Part shown: in pieces, positions 38,615 to 48,620 of the stretch
Position numbering within the stretch: the first letter of the stretch is position 1
Layout: each line of letters begins with the position of its first letter
Source of the DNA: an uncultured Pelagibacteraceae bacterium
GTDB taxonomy: Bacteria > Pseudomonadota > Alphaproteobacteria > Pelagibacterales > Pelagibacteraceae
Length of the DNA stretch: 64,000 bases
Assembly: GCA_902556905.1 (NCBI GenBank)
Contig: CACDYK010000004.1
Coordinates: forward strand, 20,066 to 84,065
Reading direction: 5' to 3'
The notes under the pieces: generated by a model
Databases searched by the model: none
What the model saw: only the letters and a program-made list of their open reading frames with translations
What the model was told of the DNA's origin: nothing
Made by a program: the position numbers and the translations under genes

Positions 38615-40813
38615 ATGAGAGGACTCGTTATCTGTTGGATGCTCATAGGAGGATTGGGTTTCCTAATCTTTCCATGGTATGTAACGGGTGACGGGTTTTT
38701 CTCAATTAACTGGATTAGAGAATATTCTCTAGAAGATTATGGCTCGATATTACCTCAGGTATTTATCAATAATAAATATTGGCTATTACCATTAACTCTT
38801 CCCCTATTTTTTCCTTTAACCACACTTAAATTAAGCCAAAATAATCCTCTTTATTCAAAGATCTTTTTATATTCAGGTTTAATAGGTTTTTTTTATTTTT
38901 TTCTTCAAGGATTTTCAATTGGTATTAGAGGATGGAATTTTGAAATATTTCAATCAATATTTGGTGATGTAGAAAATCAGTTTGGAGTAGGTTCTGGTGC
39001 AGTCTTAACTTGCTGTACTTTTATCTTCTATATTACTCATGGCTTGTCTTCACGAGGATGGTTAAATGGGGATAATTTTATTGTAGGTAGTATTGGAAGT
39101 ATTGTAATATTAGTTTCAACTTTTGTATTTTTTCCAATTTTTAGGATGTTTGGAGTTGCTTTTAAAGGAACTGAGGGCGGTTATGAAATTAGCAATTTTT
39201 CAGACAAAATATTTAATAAAGGAATTTGGGGACTAGATTGTACTTATAGTGATTATGCTTGTGGAGTTTTTTGGAACACAGTTACCATGGGAACACTTAC
39301 TGCATTTTCATCGACAGTTTTAGGTTTAGCTTTTGCACTTTTAATAGCAAGAACAAGTTTCAAGTTTAAAAAAACAATAAGAATATTATCTGTCTTACCA
39401 ATAATCACTCCACCATTTGTAATTGGTTTAGCAATAATAATTTTATTTGGAAGAACAGGAGTAGTAAGCACTTTTCTTGAGTGGGCATTTGATATTGAAC
39501 CTTCAAGATGGATTTATGGTTTACCTGGAATATGGTTTGCCCAAACTCTTGCATTCACCCCTATTGCATTCTTAGTTTTAATTGGTGTTGTTGAAAGTGT
39601 TAGCCCATCAATGGAAGAAGCTTCACAAACATTGAGGGCTTCTAAGTGGCAAGTTTTTAAAACTGTTACTTTACCATTAATGAGGCCAGGAATAGCTAAT
39701 GCATTTTTACTTGGCTTTATTGAAAGCTTGGCAGACTTTGGTAATCCTTTGGTGCTTGGAGCAGAGTACGACGTCTTATCTACTGAAATATTTTTTGCAA
39801 TTGTAGGTGCACAATACGATGAAACAAAAGCAGCTATACTTGCAATGATTTTGTTATCTGTTGTTCTTGTTGTGTTTTATCTTCAAAACCAATGGTTAGG
39901 AAAAAAATCTTATATTTCAATTTCTGGTAAAGGAGACAGTGGAGTTCACCCTGAACTACCAAATAAAACCAAGTGGGTTATATACTCAACCGTACTGCCG
40001 TGGGCATTTATGACATTTATAATTTATGTGATGATTATGTTTGGAGGTTTTGTTGAAATGTGGGGAGTTGATCATAGCTTTACATTAAAACACTACATCG
40101 AAGCATTTAGTATTGATTGGGTCAAAGAAAGGGGATTATTGTGGACTGGTACTGCGTGGAATTCATTTAATACTACATTTACAATAGCAATAATTTCTGC
40201 TTTACCAACTGCTGCAATAGGAATTTTAACTGCGTATTTACTTACAAGGCATAGATTTAGAGGTAAAAACGCTTTTGAATTTGGTACCATGTTAAGTTTT
40301 GCAATTCCTGGAAGTGTGATTGGAGTAAGTTATGTTTTTGCTTTTAATGTTCCTCCTCTTGAATTGACTGGAACAGGAATAATTCTAGTAATTGCTTTTG
40401 TGTTTAGAAATATGCCTGTTGGTGTGAGAGCAGGAATAGCTGCAATGAACCAACTAGATCCTCATTTAGATGAAGCTTCATCAACTTTAAATGCTTCGAG
40501 TTCCCAAACATTTAGAAATATAATTCTTCCATTATTAAAGCCTGCTATTACTGCATCATTAGTCTTTAGTTTTGTAAGAGCAATGACTGCAATAAGTGCT
40601 GTTATCTTCCTTGTCAGTGCAAATTACGATTTAGCTGTTTCATATATTTTAGGAAGATTAGAAAATAATGACTACGGTCTAGCAATAGTATATTCATCTG
40701 CATTAATAGTTGTTATGTTAATTACAATTATGTTAATGCAATTAATAATAGGTAAACGTAAACTAGGTAGAAGAGATCAATCTGCAGGAATTTTACAAGG
40801 AAACTTAGGATAA
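38615..40813 (+). CDS. ABC permease, AfuB/FbpB-like (two permease domains)
   Basis: LPIITPPFV, EEASQTL, ADFGNP, DEASSTL. Confidence 0.85.
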   Translation: MRGLVICWMLIGGLGFLIFPWYVTGDGFFSINWIREYSLEDYGSILPQVFINNKYWLLPLTLPLFFPLTTLKLSQNNPLYSKIFLYSGLIGFFYFFLQGFSIGIRGWNFEIFQSIFGDVENQFGVGSGAVLTCCTFIFYITHGLSSRGWLNGDNFIVGSIGSIVILVSTFVFFPIFRMFGVAFKGTEGGYEISNFSDKIFNKGIWGLDCTYSDYACGVFWNTVTMGTLTAFSSTVLGLAFALLIARTSFKFKKTIRILSVLPIITPPFVIGLAIIILFGRTGVVSTFLEWAFDIEPSRWIYGLPGIWFAQTLAFTPIAFLVLIGVVESVSPSMEEASQTLRASKWQVFKTVTLPLMRPGIANAFLLGFIESLADFGNPLVLGAEYDVLSTEIFFAIVGAQYDETKAAILAMILLSVVLVVFYLQNQWLGKKSYISISGKGDSGVHPELPNKTKWVIYSTVLPWAFMTFIIYVMIMFGGFVEMWGVDHSFTLKHYIEAFSIDWVKERGLLWTGTAWNSFNTTFTIAIISALPTAAIGILTAYLLTRHRFRGKNAFEFGTMLSFAIPGSVIGVSYVFAFNVPPLELTGTGIILVIAFVFRNMPVGVRAGIAAMNQLDPHLDEASSTLNASSSQTFRNIILPLLKPAITASLVFSFVRAMTAISAVIFLVSANYDLAVSYILGRLENNDYGLAIVYSSALIVVMLITIMLMQLIIGKRKLGRRDQSAGILQGNLG

Positions 40814-41868
40814 TGAAAAAAGCTGAAGTTAAATTTGAAAATATTACAAAAAAATTTAATGAGACTGTAGCAGTTGATAATGTAAGTTGCAGTTTTGAAG
40901 CTGGAACTTTAACAACATTACTTGGTCCATCTGGTTGTGGGAAAACTACATCATTAAGAATAATTGCAGGACTAGAAAGAGCTACAAGTGGAAAAATTTT
41001 AGTCGATGATGAGGATGTTACTATACTACCAGCAACTGACAGAGATGTATCAATGGTGTTTCAATCTTATGCATTATTCCCACATATGAGTGTAATTGAA
41101 AATGTTTCATATGGATTAAAAATGATCAATGTAAATAAAGAAGAATATATTGAGAAAGCTTTAGAAACTTTAAAATTAGTAAACTTAGAGGGATATGAGA
41201 ATAGAATGCCGTCTGAGTTATCTGGAGGACAACAACAAAGGGTGGCAGTAGCTAGAGCTATTGTATTAAAACCTAAAGTATTATTATTTGATGAACCTCT
41301 TTCAAATTTAGATGCTAAACTAAGACGACAAGTTCGAGAAGATATTAGAGAAATTCAACAGAAACTTGGGGTAACTACTATATATGTAACTCATGACCAG
41401 GAAGAAGCATTAGCAATTTCTGATAAAGTTATAGTTATGAATAAAGCTGTAATTGCACAAGAAGGTAGTCCAAAAGATCTTTACAACTTTCCTAAAAATA
41501 AGTTTGTTGCTAATTTTATTGGAGATGCAAATGTTGTTAAAGCAGAAATAGTTAACAAACAATCAAATTCATATGAATTAAAACTAGCAGAAATGAACAT
41601 TAAAATTGAAAGTGATAAGGACTTAAAAAACTCAGTTTCTGTAGCCTTAAGACCAGAAAAAATTAGAATTGAAACTACTAATAATGATAACTGTATTCAT
41701 GCATCAGTAAATAACGCTTCTTTTGTTGGTAGCAGTTATCAATATATTTTAAATTCTAAAATAGGAAAATTGTATGTTATTTCGGGAGACACAAGTGATC
41801 CATTCAAAGTTGGTGAAGAGGTATTTTTAAGTTTAGATGAAAAAGACGTTAAAGTGCTTAACGATTAG
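40813..41868 (+). CDS. ABC ATPase, AfuC/FbpC-like with TOBE domain
   Basis: GPSGCGKTT, VFQSYALFPH, LSGGQQQR, DEPLSNLDAKLR. Confidence 0.9.
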   Translation: MKKAEVKFENITKKFNETVAVDNVSCSFEAGTLTTLLGPSGCGKTTSLRIIAGLERATSGKILVDDEDVTILPATDRDVSMVFQSYALFPHMSVIENVSYGLKMINVNKEEYIEKALETLKLVNLEGYENRMPSELSGGQQQRVAVARAIVLKPKVLLFDEPLSNLDAKLRRQVREDIREIQQKLGVTTIYVTHDQEEALAISDKVIVMNKAVIAQEGSPKDLYNFPKNKFVANFIGDANVVKAEIVNKQSNSYELKLAEMNIKIESDKDLKNSVSVALRPEKIRIETTNNDNCIHASVNNASFVGSSYQYILNSKIGKLYVISGDTSDPFKVGEEVFLSLDEKDVKVLND

Positions 41869-43037
41869 AATCCACCTTTTTCGTCGTATGGATTAAACCT
41901 TAAACTTCTTGAAAATTTTCTAATATCATTAACTAGTAGATTTGGTTTTTCTAAAGCTGCAAAGTGCCCACCTGCAGGCATTTCAGTCCATTGCTTAATA
42001 TTAAATATTCTCTCAACATAAGACCTTGGTGGCCATTCAGACATTTCAGCAGGAAATACTGCTGCAGCCGTTGGAATTTCAATTTTTTTGAAATCTTTTG
42101 GAAAAAATCTTCCCCCCTCTTCTCTTCTGCCAAAATAAATCCAACTAGCTGTGTCAAATGTTTTTGTTAAAATATAAACCATTATATTTGCTAACAATGT
42201 ATCTTTTGAATAAACACTTTCTAGTTGGTTGTCTTTTAAATCAGACCAAGAGTACATTTTTTCAATAATCCAAGCAGCAATTCCTACGGGACTATCCATC
42301 ATTCCATAACTCAAAGATTGAGGTTTTGTTGCTTGTTGTGTTCTGTACCCATCTTGCATAACCTGATCTTTATCAAACTTTATTTGCCAATTTTTTTCTT
42401 CATCAGATTGAGGACCATTAGGATGACGCATTGTAAGACAGTTTATATGTATCGCTTTACAAAATTTAAAATGATCGTAGCCTATCCAATTAGCAATAGT
42501 TGCTCCCCAGTCACCCCCTTGAGCCATATAGTCTTTATAACCAAGATTTTCTGTCATAAGTTTATTTAATATTTCAGCCATTTTTCTTGGTCCAATTGGT
42601 TTATTCGGTTTTCCAGAAAAACCAAAACCTGGTAATGAAGGAATTATCACATCAAAAGAGTCTTTTTCATTTCCACCAAATTTTTCAGGATGGGCAAGTT
42701 TTTCAATGATATGTAAAAATTCTACAACTGAACCTGGCCAACCATGCATTAGTAGTAATGGTTTCGAATTTGAACTGGTTCCTTTTTCTTTAATAAAATG
42801 AATATCTATACCATCAACATTGGAAATAAAATTTTGAAATTTATTAATTTCAACTTCATGTTTTTGCCAATCAAATTCATTTATCCAATAATCACACAAC
42901 TCTTTTAAATATGTTTTATTGGTTCCGTGCTCCCAACCTTCTAAATCAGGGATAGAATTCCAAGGATAGTCCTTAATCTTTTGATAAATAGGCGATATCT
43001 CTTTTTCAGTAAAATTAACGTTGAAATCTGTTATCAT
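41865..43037 (-). CDS. epoxide hydrolase (microsomal/EHN type)
   Basis: FDW..HE..IN, HGWPGS, PSLPGFGFS, QGGDWG, GGHFAALE. Confidence 0.92.
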   Translation of the reverse strand: MITDFNVNFTEKEISPIYQKIKDYPWNSIPDLEGWEHGTNKTYLKELCDYWINEFDWQKHEVEINKFQNFISNVDGIDIHFIKEKGTSSNSKPLLLMHGWPGSVVEFLHIIEKLAHPEKFGGNEKDSFDVIIPSLPGFGFSGKPNKPIGPRKMAEILNKLMTENLGYKDYMAQGGDWGATIANWIGYDHFKFCKAIHINCLTMRHPNGPQSDEEKNWQIKFDKDQVMQDGYRTQQATKPQSLSYGMMDSPVGIAAWIIEKMYSWSDLKDNQLESVYSKDTLLANIMVYILTKTFDTASWIYFGRREEGGRFFPKDFKKIEIPTAAAVFPAEMSEWPPRSYVERIFNIKQWTEMPAGGHFAALEKPNLLVNDIRKFSRSLRFNPYDEKGGF

Positions 43038-43109
43038 TTAGTAAAATTTATTATCTATAATTATAAATTGAACTATATACATTTAACAAATTATTTATAA
43101 TTATAACTT

Positions 43110-44021
43110 ATGCTTTCAAACAAAGAAATTATCTGCCCTAATAATCTACTTGATCATGCCCATAAAAAAAAGGGTGTGAAAGCAGCAATAGTTAATGCTG
43201 GATTACCTTTGCCTATGCTTTCAGTTCAGGATGCAGTTAATGAAAATTTAATAATACCGATATTTATAGGTAATAAAGAGGAAATTTTAAAATGTGCCGA
43301 TCAATTAAAGTGGGATATTTCTGAGTATGAAATTATTGATGAGCCTGTAGAAAATAAAACTGCAAAAATTGCTGCTAAACTTGCAAGTAAAGATAAGGTT
43401 AAGATCATTGTTAAAGGGCATATTCATACTGATGTTTTGATGAAGGAAGTTTTAAAACGCGAATATAACTTGCTTGGCAAAACTAGACTTAGCCATATAT
43501 GGCATATGACTATTGAAAAAGAGGATAAACCATTAATTATTACCGATGGTGCTTTAAATGTTTTGCCAAATGTGAAAACTAAAATGCATATTTTAAGAAA
43601 TGTTATAGATTTTTCAAATAGATTAGGAAATGAAAGACCAAAAGTTGCTATTCTTTCAGCAACTGAAGAAATTTTAGATAGTGTTCCAAGCTCTGTTGAA
43701 GCTAATGAAATTACTAAACTTGCAAAAGAAGATAATTTAAATGCTGATGTTTTTGGGCCTTTGGCTTTTGATAACAGTATTTCAAAAAAATCTGCAGCTA
43801 TAAAAGGTGTAAAAAATATAGTAGCTGGTGACGCAGATGTATTATTAGTTCCAAGTGTCGAAGCTGGAAATAGCTTAGTTAAAATGATGATCTATTTTAT
43901 GGGAGCTTGTGCAGCAGGTGTTGTTGTTGGCGGAAAAGTTCCAATAGTAATCACTAGTCGTTCTGATGAAGCTCAAGCAAGACTTGCATCTATTGCAGCA
44001 GCTGTAGTTGCTCTAGATTAA
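43110..44021 (+). CDS. pta: phosphate acetyl/butyryltransferase
   Basis: KGHIHT, TDGALN, GPLAFDNSIS, GDADVLLVP..EAGN, TSRSD. Confidence 0.8.
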   Translation: MLSNKEIICPNNLLDHAHKKKGVKAAIVNAGLPLPMLSVQDAVNENLIIPIFIGNKEEILKCADQLKWDISEYEIIDEPVENKTAKIAAKLASKDKVKIIVKGHIHTDVLMKEVLKREYNLLGKTRLSHIWHMTIEKEDKPLIITDGALNVLPNVKTKMHILRNVIDFSNRLGNERPKVAILSATEEILDSVPSSVEANEITKLAKEDNLNADVFGPLAFDNSISKKSAAIKGVKNIVAGDADVLLVPSVEAGNSLVKMMIYFMGACAAGVVVGGKVPIVITSRSDEAQARLASIAAAVVALD

Positions 44022-44035
44022 TTCTAAGTATTAAA

Positions 44036-44125
44036 ATGAGACCATTTAATTACATTAGTCTATATTTCCTAGTTATTATCTTGTGCGTTGTCAGTGTTAA
44101 TATTGGTTATAGATTTTATTTTTAA
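44036..44125 (+). CDS. putative 29-aa single-TM microprotein
   Basis: Manual ORF MRPFNYISLYFLVIILCVVSVNIGYRFYF in the pta-hpsN gap; below the track cutoff. Confidence 0.3.
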   Translation: MRPFNYISLYFLVIILCVVSVNIGYRFYF

Positions 44126-44185
44126 ATCATTGAATAAAACTTACTTTTACTTTATTAAGATATTTCAAAATAAAGGAATTTATCA

Positions 44186-45472
44186 ATGGCTATACAATAT
44201 TTAAAAAAATCACCAAAAACATCTTCTACAGATGACACTAAAACAAGAGAAATTGTTGAAAATATTCTTAAGGATATCGAACAAACTAAAGAAGAAGGAT
44301 GTAAAGAATATTCAAAAAAATTAGATAAGTACGAAGGTGATGTAGTCGTTTCAAAAGAAAAAATTGAAGAAATTAAAAAAAGTTTAGATCAAAAAACAAA
44401 AGACGATATTCAGTTTTCACACGAAAGAGTTAGAAAATTTGCTGAAGCACAACTTAAAAATTATGGACAAGATTTTGAAGTTGAATTATCTGATGGGTTA
44501 TTTGCAGGGCAAAAATTAATTCCTGTTAACACAGCAGGTTGTTATGTACCTGCAGGTAGATATGCTCATATAGCGTCAGCTGTGATGAGTGTAACGACTG
44601 CAAAAGTTGCAGGTGTAAAAAATATTATTGTAGCAAGTTCACCAAAACCAGGTGTAGGTGTTCATCCATCAATTGTTTATACTGCTGATCTTTGTGGTGC
44701 AGACTCGATTTTAAACTTAGGGGGTGTTCAAGGTATAGCAGCAATGACTAATGGTTTATTTGGTAATGCTCCAGCTGATATATTAGTTGGTCCTGGTAAC
44801 CAATTTGTTGCTGAAGCTAAAAGAATGTTATTTGGAAAAGTTGGAATTGACTTATTTGCAGGTCCAACTGAAATAGCTGTAATTGCTGACGATAAAGCTG
44901 ATGAAGAGTTAGTTGCAGTTGATTTAGTTGGTCAAGCAGAGCATGGCTATAATTCTCCTGCTTGGTTATATACAACAAGTAAAAGAGTAGCTGAATATGT
45001 GATTAAAAGAGTTCCAGAGTTAATTGCAGAACTTCCAGAATTACCAAGAGAAAATGCGGGTGCTGCATGGAGAGATTACGGAGAAGTAATTCTTTGTGAT
45101 ACTGATGAAGAAATGGCAACAATTAGTGATGAATATGCTCCAGAGCATTTAGAAGTTCAAACTCAAAACTTAGAATGGTTTCACAAAAGATTAAAAAATT
45201 ATGGATCCTTGTTTATTGGAGAAGAAACTACTGTTGCTTATGGTGATAAGTGTTCTGGTACAAACCACATTTTACCAACTAAAGGTGCAGGAAGATATAC
45301 CGGTGGTCTTTTTGTTGGAAAATTTATTAAAACACTAAGTTTCCAAAGAATGACAAAAGAGTCTACCAAAACTGTTGGTGCTGCTTGTGCTAGAATTTCA
45401 AGATACGAAGGAATGGAAGCTCATGCTAGAACTGGTGATGTAAGACTAAGAAAATATGGATTTTCAAATTAA
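44186..45472 (+). CDS. hpsN: HisD-family dehydrogenase, most likely sulfopropanediol (DHPS) 3-dehydrogenase
   Basis: MAIQYLK start, GRYAHIASA, GQAEHGYNSP, YGDKCSGTNH.LPT (true HisD has GDY..G.NH); sulfonate gene context, no his genes nearby. Confidence 0.8.
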   Translation: MAIQYLKKSPKTSSTDDTKTREIVENILKDIEQTKEEGCKEYSKKLDKYEGDVVVSKEKIEEIKKSLDQKTKDDIQFSHERVRKFAEAQLKNYGQDFEVELSDGLFAGQKLIPVNTAGCYVPAGRYAHIASAVMSVTTAKVAGVKNIIVASSPKPGVGVHPSIVYTADLCGADSILNLGGVQGIAAMTNGLFGNAPADILVGPGNQFVAEAKRMLFGKVGIDLFAGPTEIAVIADDKADEELVAVDLVGQAEHGYNSPAWLYTTSKRVAEYVIKRVPELIAELPELPRENAGAAWRDYGEVILCDTDEEMATISDEYAPEHLEVQTQNLEWFHKRLKNYGSLFIGEETTVAYGDKCSGTNHILPTKGAGRYTGGLFVGKFIKTLSFQRMTKESTKTVGAACARISRYEGMEAHARTGDVRLRKYGFSN

Positions 45473-45476
45473 ATAT

Positions 45477-46229
45477 TTAATTAATAAAATCTTTAATTAA
45501 TTTATTAAATTTATCTGCCTCTTCTAAGTGAACATTGTGAGCACAATCTTTAAATATTTCTAACTTACTATTTTTAATATTTTTATTAAGTGTGTCTACT
45601 TGGTCAAAATTATAGGAAGTATCTTTATCTCCCCACACTATTAATGTTTTATTCTTTATATTTTTTAAATTATCTATACCAGACCAATTCTTCATTGCCT
45701 TAAGAGCATTGTCTGCAGTTTCAGATGAAACATTTTGAACTGCATTAGCACATAAATAATAATTTTTATCTTTATCTCCTTTGACAAACCATTTTTTAGG
45801 AACTCTTGAAAATGAAATATCAGCACCTTCTTCTTTGAGTCTTTTTCTGGTCTCATCAATTGGCTCAAACCTTCCTGGTATTTCACCAATAGAACCAGTT
45901 GCAAAACAGATTAATTTATTAATTCTGTCTCCTGCTAATTTAGCTATTTCTTGAACTATCATTCCACCCATGGAGTGACCTAATAAATTAAACTTATCAA
46001 TTTTTTTTTCATCAATAATATTAATTATAAACTTAGCCATATCATTAATTGAATCTAGAGATTGTGCTTCATGACTTTCTCCAAAACCAGGTAAGGCAGG
46101 AGATATTACTCTAAAAAACTTTGATAAATAATCTCTTTGAAGACACCACATCTCTGAAGAGCCCAAATAACCATGAACTAATACTAGCGGAAAACCTTGA
46201 CCTGTATCATTTATATAGATTTTGCTCAT
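45477..46229 (-). CDS. alpha/beta hydrolase
   Basis: VHGYLG, LPGFGES, GHSMGG, WGDKD, AHNVHLE. Confidence 0.88.
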   Translation of the reverse strand: MSKIYINDTGQGFPLVLVHGYLGSSEMWCLQRDYLSKFFRVISPALPGFGESHEAQSLDSINDMAKFIINIIDEKKIDKFNLLGHSMGGMIVQEIAKLAGDRINKLICFATGSIGEIPGRFEPIDETRKRLKEEGADISFSRVPKKWFVKGDKDKNYYLCANAVQNVSSETADNALKAMKNWSGIDNLKNIKNKTLIVWGDKDTSYNFDQVDTLNKNIKNSKLEIFKDCAHNVHLEEADKFNKLIKDFIN

Positions 46230-46311
46230 AGAAGCTGATTATTTCGTTCAATAAATATTAAAATATTGTAATATTCTATCAACTAAAGCAATTAACATAA
46301 AAGGATTTTTT

Positions 46312-46503
46312 ATGAATACTTATGAATGCTCAAAATGTGGTATGTCGGTTAATGCTAATTGTGGAAAATGCAATGAGCCTTTAGTTAATGACATGCTTAA
46401 ATTAGATGATGGGAATGAAGTACAAATATCTAAGTGTCCTAATGATCATGGTAAAATAAAATCACCATTATGCTGTGGACAAGATATGTCTTGTAACGTT
46501 TAA
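46312..46503 (+). CDS. small Cys-rich metal-binding protein
   Basis: CxxC, CxxC, CxxxH, CCG; AAAGGA RBS upstream. Confidence 0.75.
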   Translation: MNTYECSKCGMSVNANCGKCNEPLVNDMLKLDDGNEVQISKCPNDHGKIKSPLCCGQDMSCNV

Positions 46504-47105
46504 ATTATTTCTAAAAAAATATAAAAAGTTAAAAAACTCATAAAAGTAATAATAAATATATTAATTACTTTCCAAATTTTTTGATTTTGAGCATATTTAG
46601 ATAAAAATTTAGATAAATATCCAATTAAAAAGAAAAACAAAAAAGAAGATATAGAGGCTCCTAATCCAAATAAAATTTTTTGATTTATTAAAAAATTTTT
46701 CGAGAAGTTTCCAAGAAAAAAGACAGTATCTGAGTAAACATGAGGATTAAGGTAAGTAAATCCAAGTGTTTTTAATAGAATGTTAAATTTTGAAATTTCT
46801 TTTGTTTCACTATTAAAATTAATACTTGAATTATAAGTCCTTATTTTTGAATAAATAAAATGAAGTAAAAAAATTAATAATAGAATATTAAATACTAATT
46901 CAATAGTTGAATTAAAATATTTAGTAAAATAATGAAATAAAAATATTCCTAAAAATATCAGGATCAAGTCTGATATTGAACAAATTATACAAACTAAAAA
47001 AATATATTGTTTTTTTAAACCCTGTTCGATAACAAATATATTCTGTGCACCAATTGCAAGAATAAGACTTAAACCAGTAAAAAAACCTAACAATAAATAT
47101 TCCAT
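46500..47105 (-). CDS. LysE/ArgO family amino-acid exporter
   Basis: LSLILAIGAQN.FV..QG, TYLNPHVYSDT. Confidence 0.9.
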   Translation of the reverse strand: MEYLLLGFFTGLSLILAIGAQNIFVIEQGLKKQYIFLVCIICSISDLILIFLGIFLFHYFTKYFNSTIELVFNILLLIFLLHFIYSKIRTYNSSINFNSETKEISKFNILLKTLGFTYLNPHVYSDTVFFLGNFSKNFLINQKILFGLGASISSFLFFFLIGYLSKFLSKYAQNQKIWKVINIFIITFMSFLTFYIFLEII

Positions 47106-47114
47106 TAAGTTTTA

Positions 47115-48620
47115 TTAAACTCTTTTTTTACCTTGAACAACCCTATCTAAAATTAATGCAACAAATAATATTGCAACACCTGCAAGAATACCTTGACCTA
47201 CATTTGCGTACTGAAGTGCTTCAAGAACATCTTGTCCTAAACCTTTCGCACCAATTAGAGATGCAACTACAACCATAGCTAAACTTAACATCACTGTTTG
47301 ATTTACACCTGCTAAAATAGAAGGTGTTGCTAGAGGTAAATCTACTTTTCTAAGTAGATACCATTTACTAGCTCCATAGGCAATTGCAGCTTCTCGAATT
47401 GTCTCTGGAACTCCTCTCAATCCAAGTACAGTTAATCTTACTACAGGTGTTCCCCCAAAAATCATTGTAATTATTACTGCTGCAACTTTACCTGTTCCAA
47501 AAAAAGCAATTACAGGAATCATGAATACAAATGCTGGCATTGTTTGCATAAAATCCATGATGGGTCTAATCATTGAATAAAATCTTTGACGTCTTGCACA
47601 AAAAATTCCAAGAGGTATACCAATAGCTATGCTCAATATTGCAGCTGTTCCAAGTAAAGCTAGAGTGGTCATTGCTTTTACCCAAAAACCCAAAAATCCC
47701 ATGTAACATAAAAATCCAGCTGAATATATTGCAGCTCTAGGTCCAGCAGATAACCCTGTTAAAGTTACTATAGCGGTAATAATTACTATCCATGGAGTTT
47801 TAACAAATAATAATTCTAAAAAGTCCAAAACTGACCTAATACCAATAGTAATAGCTGTAAATAATGCATCTCCTTTTAAGACTGCATAATTGAATATTTT
47901 TTCAACCCAAGCTATTGATGTTAATCTGATATCTGGATGAGTTGGGAATTCATTCATCATTATAATTAAACCAGGAAAACTATAATGAACTACTGAAAAA
48001 AACATTATTACAGATGTAAAAATAGTACTTAAAATGTAATTCTTAGTCTGCATACCAGGGCTTATCGTTTTATCAGACAACCACTCTGAATATCTCTTTT
48101 CTAACTTAGAGTTAGCAAGAATTCCTTGAACTATTTTAATTGAGATTAATAAAACTACCCCAAAAATAGTAATCCAAATAGCTGAGGCTTCAATTCTACT
48201 AACTTCATCTATATATCCTTGCATGGCATCTTCTAAAGATTTAATGTTTCGCTTGTATACATCAACCTTATCAGGGTTATTTGTAATTGCTGCCTCTAGT
48301 TGTTTATTTCTAAATGCGATAGTTGATTGTACTTGTTCAATTTTTTGAACTGCCTCTGCTGTAATATTCCCAAACAAACCTCTTATTATTTGTACTACTG
48401 AAAAAGTTTCAATAATTAAAAAAGTTAATGCCCAATTCCAAATGTTCCTCATTCCAAACCAAATAGGTCCAAGAATTGCAGCATATAAATTAAAAGAAAA
48501 AGAAAATGTCGGTTTACTTCCAATTTGTTTGAATTTCTCGATATAATATTCTGGATTAGTTTTTACAAAATCAGTTATTAACTCAGATCTAGATTGATTA
48601 TTAAGCTCTTTACTCACCAT
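47115..48620 (-). CDS. proW: glycine betaine/proline ABC permease with an N-terminal extension
   Basis: MDFMQTMPAFVF, EAAIAYGA, GVNQTVMLSLAMVV.ASLIGA.GLG. Confidence 0.88.
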   Translation of the reverse strand: MVSKELNNQSRSELITDFVKTNPEYYIEKFKQIGSKPTFSFSFNLYAAILGPIWFGMRNIWNWALTFLIIETFSVVQIIRGLFGNITAEAVQKIEQVQSTIAFRNKQLEAAITNNPDKVDVYKRNIKSLEDAMQGYIDEVSRIEASAIWITIFGVVLLISIKIVQGILANSKLEKRYSEWLSDKTISPGMQTKNYILSTIFTSVIMFFSVVHYSFPGLIIMMNEFPTHPDIRLTSIAWVEKIFNYAVLKGDALFTAITIGIRSVLDFLELLFVKTPWIVIITAIVTLTGLSAGPRAAIYSAGFLCYMGFLGFWVKAMTTLALLGTAAILSIAIGIPLGIFCARRQRFYSMIRPIMDFMQTMPAFVFMIPVIAFFGTGKVAAVIITMIFGGTPVVRLTVLGLRGVPETIREAAIAYGASKWYLLRKVDLPLATPSILAGVNQTVMLSLAMVVVASLIGAKGLGQDVLEALQYANVGQGILAGVAILFVALILDRVVQGKKRV

